Positions 18,889 through 28,115 of a stretch of DNA of 64,000 nt are shown here, one piece after another. Each line of letters begins with the position of its first letter. The first letter of the stretch is position 1. A program made the translations under genes and the position numbers. The stretch is from the NCBI GenBank assembly GCA_001782235.1, contig MFOC01000002.1, forward strand, positions 42,912 through 106,911, read 5' to 3'. The notes under the pieces are model-generated. The model was not told where the DNA came from and searched no databases. It saw nothing but the letters and a program-made list of their open reading frames with translations. The DNA comes from Candidatus Levybacteria bacterium RIFCSPHIGHO2_02_FULL_40_18 (lineage in GTDB: Bacteria; Patescibacteriota; Microgenomatia; Levybacterales; GWA1-39-11).

Positions 18889-19321
18889 TTTTCTCCCCCT
18901 TTTTGACTAATCGAGACGAAATCCGTTCTATATTCTTTTCAAGATTCCCCCGATATTCGCCCCAGCGTTTTTTATCCCAAATCTCAACGTAACGTGAAAG
19001 CCCTAGGAATACGATCTCGTCTTCAACCTTTGCAAATTCTCTAAGGTACGGAGGTAATACAAACCTTCCCTTGCTATCCAGCTCCACGGAAGCGGCGCCT
19101 CCAAGTAGGAACCTTTGTGTTTCGCGAGTTTCGTATTCAATAAAGGGGCGGCCGGCCGTACCTTCAAGTAAAGCCTGCCATTGAGTTTCTGAAACGACAA
19201 TAAGTGAGCTTTCATATCCAAGTGTAACTATAATATTGTTTCCGAGAATTTCTCTAAATTTCTTTGGAATTGCCGTTCTTCCTTTTTTATCAATCTTTGC
19301 CTCATACTGACCTATTAACAT
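18881..19321 (-). CDS. mraZ: transcriptional regulator MraZ
   Basis: Duplicated MraZ/SpoVT-AbrB-like halves. N-terminus MLIGQYEAKIDKKGRTAIPKKFR. First gene of the dcw cluster. Confidence 0.9.
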   Translation of the reverse strand: MLIGQYEAKIDKKGRTAIPKKFREILGNNIIVTLGYESSLIVVSETQWQALLEGTAGRPFIEYETRETQRFLLGGAASVELDSKGRFVLPPYLREFAKVEDEIVFLGLSRYVEIWDKKRWGEYRGNLEKNIERISSRLVKKGEKNE

Positions 19322-19354
19322 GGTGTTTTACCTCCGGGGATCGAAGAACCTGCC

Positions 19355-19378
19355 AGTCCCACTTTTTCCCACTTTATA
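19355..19378 (-). promoter_or_regulatory. candidate MraZ operator: direct GTGGGA repeats at 10-bp spacing upstream of mraZ
   Basis: On the coding (minus) strand, AAAGTGGGAAAAAGTGGGACTGG lies 35-57 nt upstream of the mraZ ATG. It contains two TGGGA copies with 10-nt periodicity and a degenerate third. Confidence 0.45.
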
Positions 19379-19680
19379 CCATTTTGAACTACTTTTCACG
19401 GTATGTCAATAGGTAAATGAACCAAAATAGTGTGGAAATACTCCTTTTTACGCTATATCTGGAAATCTTGCTGTTTTCATACAAAGTAGTAACATTAAGT
19501 AATCCAAATCGATTAGACACGAAGTGTACTTTTTCGAAGACAACTGAAAATCGCCCAGGAAAGATACTAATGTAAGAATAAAGATGAATATGCGATTTTC
19601 ATTTAGTGAGGGGTGGATAACTTTAACAGAGTAAAAACTTACCGAGCGGGTCTGAGAAAAACGTACACGAGCGGCTAGTG

Positions 19681-20166
19681 CTATTCTTCTTCAAGGAGGA
19701 TAGTATCTTCTACGGCGCCTATTTCGCCGTTTTCAAAATTGACTTTGATTACTACCTTAACATCGCTTACAACCTTATCGTATTTACATACGTTTGCAGA
19801 GCAGGTTCCCAAATCAACCTCAGCCTGGGCTATTCCTCCACGAATTGTTAACTCCCCAACCGCTCCCCTTGGAACCGTAGCCGATTCACCGTCCTCTGTG
19901 ACTTGCGCATCATATGTCAATTCGTATTCGAAGCTTTTAATACCTTCGACTTTGGTAGCCTTCACAATAACGGCTTTCCCATCTGAACGCAACGTCAGCT
20001 CAAGGCCAATATCCTCCGGTGACATTTGTTTTACGTTTTGCTGTTCCTCACCTTTTGGAGTAAGAGTTTGACTTTGAAATTGATTCCAGACAAAAAATCC
20101 GCCAATTCCCAAAACAACAACTACAATCAAACCAACAATCAAAGCATTTTTCTTAATAAATTCCAT
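19681..20166 (-). CDS. hypothetical membrane-anchored extracytoplasmic protein (161 aa)
   Basis: N-terminal TM (LIVGLIVVVVLGIGGFFVW) followed by a beta-rich soluble domain. Confidence 0.4.
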   Translation of the reverse strand: MEFIKKNALIVGLIVVVVLGIGGFFVWNQFQSQTLTPKGEEQQNVKQMSPEDIGLELTLRSDGKAVIVKATKVEGIKSFEYELTYDAQVTEDGESATVPRGAVGELTIRGGIAQAEVDLGTCSANVCKYDKVVSDVKVVIKVNFENGEIGAVEDTILLEEE

Positions 20167-20209
20167 ATTTATTTATATACAGAAACAAGAATTGTAGTCA
20201 AGCGGAAGG

Positions 20210-20563
20210 CTATGTAAGTTCTCGAACCTCAACGATTTCTCCAGGAGAAGCTTCTCGACCATTCCCACTTGGATGGACAACCACACTTGGAACTTCAGAC
20301 TGCACAGCACTACCATTCCGCCACCACGGATAATCTATACTCCTAATGTAGGATCTGTAACCTAAAATTTGCTTGCTTCTTTTCTTCGGATCTTCTGATA
20401 GTTCAAGTTCGGAAGCGAGTTGTTCCCTTTCCGCTTCTGTTTTTACCACAAGTTTATCACTCATTGCAAAAGTAATTTTGGGATCACGATGATTCCTTAG
20501 GAGAAAATCTGCTTTTATGAGTGCCGGAATGCGGGGGTCAATCTCTCTACGAAACGGCATCAA
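20210..20563 (-). CDS. hypothetical protein (117 aa)
   Basis: Intact ORF downstream of glyQS. No motif recognised. Confidence 0.3.
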   Translation of the reverse strand: MMPFRREIDPRIPALIKADFLLRNHRDPKITFAMSDKLVVKTEAEREQLASELELSEDPKKRSKQILGYRSYIRSIDYPWWRNGSAVQSEVPSVVVHPSGNGREASPGEIVEVRELT

Positions 20564-20611
20564 TTTCTAGTTTGCAGAGAATTTTTAAAATTGTCAATAG
20601 AACAAAGTATA

Positions 20612-21973
20612 TCAAACAAGCTTTTCGATGAGATATTTTTTTAGATTTTCTATTTTAATTCTTTCTTGTGTTGCAGAATCTCGATCCCTGACCGTAACCG
20701 TATCGTTTTCAAGCGATTCGAAATCAACTGTGATGCAAAACGGGGTTCCAATCTCATCTTGTGCAAAATACCTTTTACCGATATTTCCCCTTTCATCCCA
20801 GGCAATGAGTAGATCCGATCGGAGCGAATCATATATCGAACGAGCTTTCGAAACCAGCTCCGGTTTGTTTGCAAGGAGCGGAAATACTGCAGCCTTATAT
20901 GGTGCAAGTTTTGGATTTAATTTAAGTACAATTCGATCACCATCTTCAGAATAGGAATCGAACAATACGATCCCGACCAAACGAGATAAGCCAAAAGTCG
21001 GTTCTATAACGTGAGGAACGAATTTTTCTCCTGTGTCGGGGTCGGTGTAAGATAAGTCTTTGCCCGTGTGTCTGGCATGATTCGATAAATCAAAATCGGT
21101 ACGGTATGCAATCCCAAACATTTCTTTCCACCCAAACGGATATTTATATTCAATGTCCATGGTTTTTTTGGAGTAATGCGATCGCTCATGCTCTTCATGC
21201 TCGCGCCAGCGAAGATTTTCTTTTCGAATCCCCAATTCTTGTGTCCAATTCCACATCTCATTTTTAAAGTACTCGAATTTCTCCTCCCAATCTTTTGAAT
21301 TGAGGAAATACTCAAACTCCATTAAGTCGAACTCCAAAGTCCTATGAACAAACTGTCCTAATGTGATCTCATTGCGAAAAGCTTTTCCAACTTGAGCGAT
21401 ACCGAATGGTATACGAACGCGGGTTGTATCAAGCACATTTTTAAAATTGATAAAAATACCCTGCGCAATCTCACCCCGCAAATAAACTTTTTGTTTCCCT
21501 TCTTCGATTATTCCGACAGATGTTTCGAACAATAAATTGAAGCGACGGACCTGCGTCCAGTCGTGTTTGCCGCACTTTGGACATTTAATTTGTTTTTCGC
21601 GAACAATTTTCGTCAATTCTTCAACCGGCAAGCCTTCGACTTTAATGTCGGGAACATTATCTTCGATCAAATGATCAGCGCGAGTTCGATAGTGACAGCT
21701 CCGGCAATCAATAAGCGCATCTGTAAAACTTGCAACATGGCCTGATGCTTCCCAAATTTTTGGCGAAAGAAAAATCGATGCATCAAGGCCCACCATGTCA
21801 TCGCGTGACAAGACGAATTTATTCCACCAAAGATCTCTAATGTTATTCTTAAGAAGCGTACCCATAGGACCGAAATCCCACGTATTTGCTAAGCCTCCGT
21901 AGATCTCGGAAGAAGGATAAACAAACCCCCGTCTCTTTGCCAAAGCAACAACCTTATCGACTAAATTTCCCAT
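20612..21973 (-). CDS. glyQS: glycine--tRNA ligase, homodimeric alpha2 type
   Basis: N-terminus ALAKRRGFVYPSSEIYGGLANTWDFGPMGTLLKNN is characteristic of class II GlyRS. ~450 aa. Confidence 0.9.
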   Translation of the reverse strand: MGNLVDKVVALAKRRGFVYPSSEIYGGLANTWDFGPMGTLLKNNIRDLWWNKFVLSRDDMVGLDASIFLSPKIWEASGHVASFTDALIDCRSCHYRTRADHLIEDNVPDIKVEGLPVEELTKIVREKQIKCPKCGKHDWTQVRRFNLLFETSVGIIEEGKQKVYLRGEIAQGIFINFKNVLDTTRVRIPFGIAQVGKAFRNEITLGQFVHRTLEFDLMEFEYFLNSKDWEEKFEYFKNEMWNWTQELGIRKENLRWREHEEHERSHYSKKTMDIEYKYPFGWKEMFGIAYRTDFDLSNHARHTGKDLSYTDPDTGEKFVPHVIEPTFGLSRLVGIVLFDSYSEDGDRIVLKLNPKLAPYKAAVFPLLANKPELVSKARSIYDSLRSDLLIAWDERGNIGKRYFAQDEIGTPFCITVDFESLENDTVTVRDRDSATQERIKIENLKKYLIEKLV

Positions 21974-22039
21974 GAAATCATTATATCAAAGCAGGTTTTT
22001 ATTCTGTAGTAGCACTATCAAATTTCGGAGCATCTGCCT

Positions 22040-23164
22040 CTATTCCCTTTTTGGCTGGAATTGCAGAGAGGGACTGAAGAGGAGGGATTTTGCTTCGTGC
22101 GCTGAGGCTGTAATGATGCTTCTTAGAGAGCGAACAAGCTCCCTGTCTAGGGCTGTTTTGGCATATTCGCCTTTATCGTTTTCGGGAAATTTGACATATC
22201 CTCTTGCCTTAAAGGCTTTTTGAATATTCCTTTTTAACGTATGCCAAATTTCCGCAAGCTCTTCATCTGTTGATTCTGTACTTACCAGTAAGCATGCGCC
22301 CAAAAGCTGAATCTCCTTCATTAGCCTATAAACACTTGCGTCTCTAGCCTCAAGATCCTTGATCTCAAACCTCCCGCCTTGCCCAAAGCCTTTTTCCGTA
22401 AATTCTGCACTTTTTTTGGTCCATAACGGCTGTCCGGATTTGCTCGTGAATCTTAGTGGGGATGTAAACGCAAGAGCAAAAACCATATTAAAAATTTCGA
22501 ATTTTTTATCGCTTCGCAGCTTATTAGAAGAAGGATTAATCGCAGTCTTTGGCAGTCCTATATTAATATGTAATGAAACAAGTTTATCGTCTAAATGTGC
22601 TCTAATATCTTCAGGCGCAGAGCTATCATGAAGACTTGGAATAAACCCACCGGCAATAAGCTGATTTAAAATATAGACTTGAACATCTGATGAAAAAGAC
22701 GGCGGAGGAGAGAATTCCCACATAGAGATAGATGAAGCTCTGTTTTTTGGAAAACCCATATTTTTAAAAAGCTCTTCATACTTTTCAAAATTAATTACAT
22801 TCTTGCTTCCTAATATGTAGGGTTTTCTCGGGGACTCGACCTCAAATCCTATTGTCGGAAGGTGAGGAATGCCTAGGGCGAGGGCTTCGGTTTTGGCCAA
22901 TTTCATTATTTGATGCTCAACTTGGTTACCATAATCATAATTTTCAGGGAAATTTCTTGACGCAATTGAATAATTATAATATCCAAGCGCTATAGCGATT
23001 CTTAAAGCGCTAAATCTATTTTGGGGAAATTGTTCGCTCACAAACTCATCGGCCCATCCTCTTGAAGTCATAGCTGCCTCGAAATCGAAAACAGGATTCT
23101 TCAAAATATGAACGCTCGCGTCCTTTGTCACCGGAATAGGCGTTAAAACTTCCTTGAGTTTCAT
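22040..23164 (-). CDS. hypothetical soluble protein (374 aa)
   Basis: Intact ORF. No TM and no recognised motif. Confidence 0.4.
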   Translation of the reverse strand: MKLKEVLTPIPVTKDASVHILKNPVFDFEAAMTSRGWADEFVSEQFPQNRFSALRIAIALGYYNYSIASRNFPENYDYGNQVEHQIMKLAKTEALALGIPHLPTIGFEVESPRKPYILGSKNVINFEKYEELFKNMGFPKNRASSISMWEFSPPPSFSSDVQVYILNQLIAGGFIPSLHDSSAPEDIRAHLDDKLVSLHINIGLPKTAINPSSNKLRSDKKFEIFNMVFALAFTSPLRFTSKSGQPLWTKKSAEFTEKGFGQGGRFEIKDLEARDASVYRLMKEIQLLGACLLVSTESTDEELAEIWHTLKRNIQKAFKARGYVKFPENDKGEYAKTALDRELVRSLRSIITASAHEAKSLLFSPSLQFQPKRE

Positions 23165-23199
23165 GGCGAAATTATACTGCTTTTTGGGGGAATTTCCAA

Positions 23200-23418
23200 T
23201 TATATTTTGAAGAATTCGAGGAGATTATAGATTAGAAGAGCGGGCCAGAGTATTGCTTTTATAACACCCAACACTCCTTCCCAGAAGCTTGCTGCATGCT
23301 GGATATAATAGACGAGGGCGCCTATAAAACCCAACCCATAAACGGCGCCCGAAGGTCCGCCGCCGCCTCTTATTATCTTAACGTGTTTACTTTCCGCTCG
23401 ATTATTTTCCTTTGCCAT
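23200..23418 (-). CDS. hypothetical small membrane protein (72 aa)
   Basis: Gly-rich segment followed by two hydrophobic helices. Confidence 0.3.
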   Translation of the reverse strand: MAKENNRAESKHVKIIRGGGGPSGAVYGLGFIGALVYYIQHAASFWEGVLGVIKAILWPALLIYNLLEFFKI

Positions 23419-23421
23419 TGG

Positions 23422-23952
23422 CTACGATTCGAAAATATGTCGGCTCCTGAGTTTTCGTTCAATTATTTGCTCCGTGTATTGGGCAAGGTGATCCTCGTTT
23501 TTAAATGCATAATTTGGATTCCAGAATCCAAGAAGCGTCAGAAGTTTTGCCTGAAAGTAAAGGATATTTTTCTTGTTATCGACCATCCTGTGCGAAGCAC
23601 GCTCGATCAGATCAAAAACGTCAGGATGGCGCTGTTCGCGGGGCAGCACTGCATCGATAAGCTCGCACATTAGAAAAACTTTTTTGATATGTTGGATCTC
23701 CTTCTTAAGCTCTTCAAAAGAATCGATAAGTCTAACCTCTGTTAAAACATAGTTTTTGTGAGAACGGACGGATTGAAATTCGATTAAGTTAAGAGGTTCG
23801 ACTGATGAAGCACGCCGTGAGGTAATTTTACGAACACCTTTTGCTACTACATCTATCTTGCCATGGTTTTTGGTGAAGATAGTTATATAGCGATCCGACT
23901 CGCCAAAATTGACACGTTTGAGTATAAAGCCGCGATCCTTCAAGTAATGCAT
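23422..23952 (-). CDS. recO: DNA repair protein RecO (short form)
   Basis: N-terminal OB-fold region MHYLKDRGFILKRVNFGESDRYITIFTKNHGKIDVVAKGVRK matches RecO. The ORF track extends to a GTG at 23967, but the ATG at 23952 gives the canonical start. Confidence 0.6.
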   Translation of the reverse strand: MHYLKDRGFILKRVNFGESDRYITIFTKNHGKIDVVAKGVRKITSRRASSVEPLNLIEFQSVRSHKNYVLTEVRLIDSFEELKKEIQHIKKVFLMCELIDAVLPREQRHPDVFDLIERASHRMVDNKKNILYFQAKLLTLLGFWNPNYAFKNEDHLAQYTEQIIERKLRSRHIFES

Positions 23953-23960
23953 TTTGTCAT

Positions 23961-24026
23961 CCCGCACTTGATGCGGGATCCAGAACGTTTATTTTTAGTC
24001 TTAGTCCCGGATCATGGTCCGGGACT
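23961..24026. repeat. two GC-rich hairpins (CCCGCACTTGATGCGGG and AGTCCCGGATCATGGTCCGGGACT) between the DUF4012 gene and recO
   Basis: Perfect 6-bp and 9-bp stems, GC-rich in an AT-rich background. No U-tract on either transcript. Confidence 0.5.
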
Positions 24027-24032
24027 TGAAGG

Positions 24033-26057
24033 TTACACCTTCAAGTTTAGTATCTTATCTCCTCTTAAGTCAAGTTTCTCAACTCTCTTGCCGTTGACAT
24101 AAACTTCTGTAGGCAGTACTTCAACCCCAGGCTGTTTTTGAATAAGCACAGGAAGATTGCTACCTTCTATTTTAAAGGGTAATTTATAAGTATAAGTGAT
24201 TGTTGCTTTTCCAAGAGGATTGACAGTGAAGAATCCTTCAAAATAGGTCTTCCCAAGATCTTCTTTTGTTTCAACCTTAACCTGTGAACCCTTGCTTGAA
24301 ACAAGTGTTGATCCGCGAGGAACATAAACCCTCTGGACATCGCGGTGAATGGCATTAAGACAAAGTCCTCCGCGTTCAAGATTACAGTCCGAGTGCTTTT
24401 CAGGATTTCTATAATCAATGGTTATCGTCTTTTCAATACTACCGTCGCTTCCCACTTTATAATCAATCCTTAAGTTCTGCTTAATAAACATGTTGGTTTT
24501 TGCGCCTGAAAAATTAATATCATTTATATGTAGATAATCTCCGTCAAATGCCTTTATGTTCCCAGCCCACCCCAAAGCCGCAAGTCCTTTTTGCGCATCC
24601 GGATTATTTACACTAAAAAGTATATGTTTTTCGTTTGCATCAATTACTGCTTGTTGGATTAGAGACCCCCAATATTTTCCCGGAGATACTCCCAGAGCTT
24701 TCTGCATTGTGGCATATAGAAGGCTTGCTATTATTCCTTTCCTATCCTCTCTTATGTACCCGACCGGAGTTGTTGTAATAGACTGTAATTCATAAACAAC
24801 CTGAGGACAATTACATCGCGGATCATTCTCCGCCTTAAAGAATGCATTGCCTACTTGTACTTCGCCCAATATGCCTATTACATGAACCAAGAAGTCTGTA
24901 TCAATTGCAATTATCCCGTCAATCTCGGTCGCACTACGAGAATCCTCATAAAATTCACGAAACGTTTCCATTGATTTTTGAAAATCGGGCGAAAGGTTGC
25001 TATCTCTTATATAAAATCTGGTGACTTTGGGGAAATATTTACGAATTAGCTCGGGGGCTTGAGGATGCGAACGAATAGAGTCGTCCAACCTATAGATATC
25101 ATTTGATGAATCAATATGAATTACGCCTTCCTCAATTCTGAAGATGGAATAATATGTTAAGAATCCGCCTGTTGCACGCAGTTCTCCGTCATTCTGAAAC
25201 AATATAAGGTATTTTTTAGATTTTGTATCGCCTAAAAGCTCCGGCAGTACTTTTATGAGAGGCTTCCCTTGTTCAACGGCAACAACCCCTTCGTCAACAA
25301 GAGTCTTTGCAGAGGCAATTTGATTATGAATTTTTTTGAGCGGGCCAAGGACCGGGTACCGCGCTGGATTGACGTGATCTATTTCCTCTTTTGCCAGTTT
25401 GGCCTTAACTTCAATATCGTCAATTTTAGAAACAACCTTCCCAAGGGATCTGACGGCAGTCCTAATTCGATCCTCAGCTGAACCTCCGGCAAACGTCCCC
25501 TTTCCTTTAAGCCCCAAGACGTCCGCATATGGAATAAGAGAGTCCGCCGTAATAATTGCCGCATCAATCCCGTGAATTCCGGCATTCACCATATGCTCCG
25601 CATCTGAAACATAAAGCCCTGCAAGCGGAATATATTTTGCAAAACCAATTGATGAGAGTTCTTGTTTCAAACCCTCTGCTGCCTTACGGGTTTTAACAAG
25701 TTCTTCCTTGGCTAGTACTATATTCTGATTCTTTGCAGCATCCGATGCTTTTTTTGCCTGATCATAAACCTTATCGGCCTTCTGGTATACGGCAAATGCA
25801 CGAAACGACACATAGAACATTAAGATCCCAAATATAATTAAGATCACGCCTATGATCCCTAATCTTTTTATGTTAAAAAAGTTAGAAAAGTTTATTTTTA
25901 TAGGAACTTTTGGCCTCAAGAGGGTCTTAGATTTTGTAGATAGGGGAGCTTCGCTTGAAGTAGAGTCTTTTTTCAAAACTGAATCAAATTCAATTTTTTT
26001 AAATCCTTCATCCATAAAAATATTATAAAATTTGGGCCAACTATTTATTTTAAACAA
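24033..26057 (-). CDS. DUF4012-family membrane-anchored extracytoplasmic protein
   Basis: N-terminal TM (LGIIGVILIIFGILMFYV), coiled-coil, then the DUF4012 core KYLILFQNDGELRATGGF. In-line downstream of the PglC-like gene. Confidence 0.55.
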   Translation of the reverse strand: MFKINSWPKFYNIFMDEGFKKIEFDSVLKKDSTSSEAPLSTKSKTLLRPKVPIKINFSNFFNIKRLGIIGVILIIFGILMFYVSFRAFAVYQKADKVYDQAKKASDAAKNQNIVLAKEELVKTRKAAEGLKQELSSIGFAKYIPLAGLYVSDAEHMVNAGIHGIDAAIITADSLIPYADVLGLKGKGTFAGGSAEDRIRTAVRSLGKVVSKIDDIEVKAKLAKEEIDHVNPARYPVLGPLKKIHNQIASAKTLVDEGVVAVEQGKPLIKVLPELLGDTKSKKYLILFQNDGELRATGGFLTYYSIFRIEEGVIHIDSSNDIYRLDDSIRSHPQAPELIRKYFPKVTRFYIRDSNLSPDFQKSMETFREFYEDSRSATEIDGIIAIDTDFLVHVIGILGEVQVGNAFFKAENDPRCNCPQVVYELQSITTTPVGYIREDRKGIIASLLYATMQKALGVSPGKYWGSLIQQAVIDANEKHILFSVNNPDAQKGLAALGWAGNIKAFDGDYLHINDINFSGAKTNMFIKQNLRIDYKVGSDGSIEKTITIDYRNPEKHSDCNLERGGLCLNAIHRDVQRVYVPRGSTLVSSKGSQVKVETKEDLGKTYFEGFFTVNPLGKATITYTYKLPFKIEGSNLPVLIQKQPGVEVLPTEVYVNGKRVEKLDLRGDKILNLKV

Positions 26058-26178
26058 AATTTTAGGATAAATGCAAACCTAATCCAACATGTAACACGTG
26101 GCATTTAACATGTGACGAAAGCAATTCTGTCAATTGTCAGTTGTCAAATGTTAATTGTTGTGATTTTGCGCAGAAAAA

Positions 26179-26817
26179 TCACATGGCGCCTTTGCCTGAA
26201 AGCATTGCAAATGGAGTTTGGATGATTATCCACAAATCATAGAGAATAGACCTCTTTGAGGCATAGCTTGCATCAAGCTGTATTCTTTTATCAAAATTAA
26301 TTTCAGATCGGCCGGTTACCTGCCAAACTCCTGTTATCCCAGGCTTTACCGACAGCACGATTTTTACAGACTCGCGTGTGCTGGGGTATTCTTTTTGCTG
26401 GTCGCGCAGTTCATCAGGATAATAAGCTCGAGGACCCACAATGCTCATCTCGCCGCGCAAAACGTTTATAAACTGCGGAATTTCATCTATTGAATATTTT
26501 CTAATTATCCTGCCTATGTTTGTGATTCTTGGATCTTCTTTTAATTTATATCCTCCTTTCTTATATTCCTCGTGGAGCTTCTTGAATTCAGGATCGTTTA
26601 AAAGAATTTCGTGCGCGTTCTGAACCATGGATCTAAATTTATACATTCTAAACAATCTGCCGTATCTACCTACTCTTTGCGGGGTATCTGCAAATATTGG
26701 CCCTAGAGAGTCAAGTTTTATTGCGATGGCGGCAATTATTATTACAGGCAAAAAAATAATTATAAGAACAATTGAAAGGATTGTATCAAGAAGTCTCTTA
26801 AAAAAATCGTACACCAT
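26179..26817 (-). CDS. PglC/WbaP-type polyprenyl-phosphate hexose-1-phosphate transferase (initiating phosphoglycosyl transferase)
   Basis: Monotopic N-terminal helix plus bacterial sugar transferase motifs YKFRSMV, EIPQFINVLRGEMSIVGPR and KPGITGVWQV. Confidence 0.85.
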   Translation of the reverse strand: MVYDFFKRLLDTILSIVLIIIFLPVIIIAAIAIKLDSLGPIFADTPQRVGRYGRLFRMYKFRSMVQNAHEILLNDPEFKKLHEEYKKGGYKLKEDPRITNIGRIIRKYSIDEIPQFINVLRGEMSIVGPRAYYPDELRDQQKEYPSTRESVKIVLSVKPGITGVWQVTGRSEINFDKRIQLDASYASKRSILYDLWIIIQTPFAMLSGKGAM

Positions 26818-26825
26818 AAAATATC

Positions 26826-26935
26826 GTATAACGTTTGTCGGTAACGAAGCCCGTATCGGTTAAGTTCTACGTTAAACGTGACCAAACTACGAAACGGGCA
26901 TCGTAACCGTAACCGATAACCGAACTTGTTACGTT
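26826..26935. repeat. imperfect palindromic intergenic element with CGTAAC/GTTACG-type short repeats
   Basis: CGTATAACG, CGGTAACG, CGTAACCGTAACCGATAACCG units and their approximate inverses between the PglC-like and ManC-like genes. Confidence 0.4.
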
Positions 26936-28011
26936 AGTTTCTCGTGTTCTGTTCCGGACAGCGATTCAACAAGTTTTTTAATCTTAGGAACAGATTCTTT
27001 AGGGCAAACCAAAACCACATCTTCAGTATTAATAACAAGATAATCGGAAAGATCTATGCCCACAACCATTTGATCTGTATAGTTGAATACAAGGCTATCT
27101 TTTGAATCCTCAAGCATAACCTTTCCCTTTGTAACGTTTTCCTCTTCCGATGTCGATAGCGCCTCTTTGAGCTGCTCCCAAGCGCCAATATCACTCCAAC
27201 CAAAGTCTGCACCAATAACATAACCGTCGGAGGACGTTAATTTCTCAAGGATAAGATTGTCAAAGGATACTTTTTCAAATGTAGGAAAGACGTTCGATAA
27301 GGTGTCTGAAAACAAAGAAGTTCCATATGAAGAAGCGATTTTAACAAGACCGTCATACATTTGGGGGGCATATTTTTGATACAAAGACATTAAAAATGAT
27401 GGCGTAGTACCAAAATAACCCGGATTCCAAGCATGCTTCTCACTTGCATGAAACTCCTCAGCTGTTGCTAAATCCGGACGGTAATGAAGGCTCTTAAATT
27501 CATAAACTGATAAACCCTCAATGTCCTTTATCTTTTCGCCGAATTCAATCCAGCCTAAGTTTTGAGTGGCCAAGCGCGATTTCTGCCCAATAAAAACTAT
27601 TTTATTAGGTTTGTTCTCAAGGATTTTTCCGCAAGTAACTAGGATTTTGCGAAATAGCCCTTCATTTTTAACAAGATGATCGCTCCAAAGAATTATAAAG
27701 GGTTCTGAATCAGCTACTTTCTCAAGAATTGCGGCAACCAATCCAACCGCCGCTCCTACATCCCTCATTTCAGGCTCAAGAATAAAGTTTTCGCGAGGAA
27801 TACTGGGAAGCTGGCCATGCAGGATTTCACGATATCTCTCGCCCGAGGAGATAAAGATATCCGAAGGTTTAAAAATTGGAGAAATGCGATCATATGCCAA
27901 TTGCAATGTTGATTTTTCGCCAATTACTTTTTCGAATTGTTTTGGAGTGTGTTTTCTTGATAAGGGCCAAAGCCTTGTCCCAACTCCTCCTGCAAAAATT
28001 ACAGCCTTCAT
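26929..28011 (-). CDS. mannose-1-phosphate guanylyltransferase-like nucleotidyltransferase
   Basis: N-terminus MKAVIFAGGVGTRLWPLSR with ManC-type NTP-transferase layout. 360 aa, no cupin domain. Confidence 0.65.
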   Translation of the reverse strand: MKAVIFAGGVGTRLWPLSRKHTPKQFEKVIGEKSTLQLAYDRISPIFKPSDIFISSGERYREILHGQLPSIPRENFILEPEMRDVGAAVGLVAAILEKVADSEPFIILWSDHLVKNEGLFRKILVTCGKILENKPNKIVFIGQKSRLATQNLGWIEFGEKIKDIEGLSVYEFKSLHYRPDLATAEEFHASEKHAWNPGYFGTTPSFLMSLYQKYAPQMYDGLVKIASSYGTSLFSDTLSNVFPTFEKVSFDNLILEKLTSSDGYVIGADFGWSDIGAWEQLKEALSTSEEENVTKGKVMLEDSKDSLVFNYTDQMVVGIDLSDYLVINTEDVVLVCPKESVPKIKKLVESLSGTEHEKLT

Positions 28012-28115
28012 AAAATGCTAATGAAATGCGAATTTAATTAGTGATAATGATGCGAATATTCGCATAAATTCGCAGTATTTAAATTAGTATAAAATAACTT
28101 TACCATAATTGAACA

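Noticed and set aside
23961-24026. GC-rich hairpins as rho-independent terminators for the DUF4012 gene.
   Set aside because: Neither hairpin is followed by a U-tract on the minus-strand transcript. They are kept as a repeat feature only.
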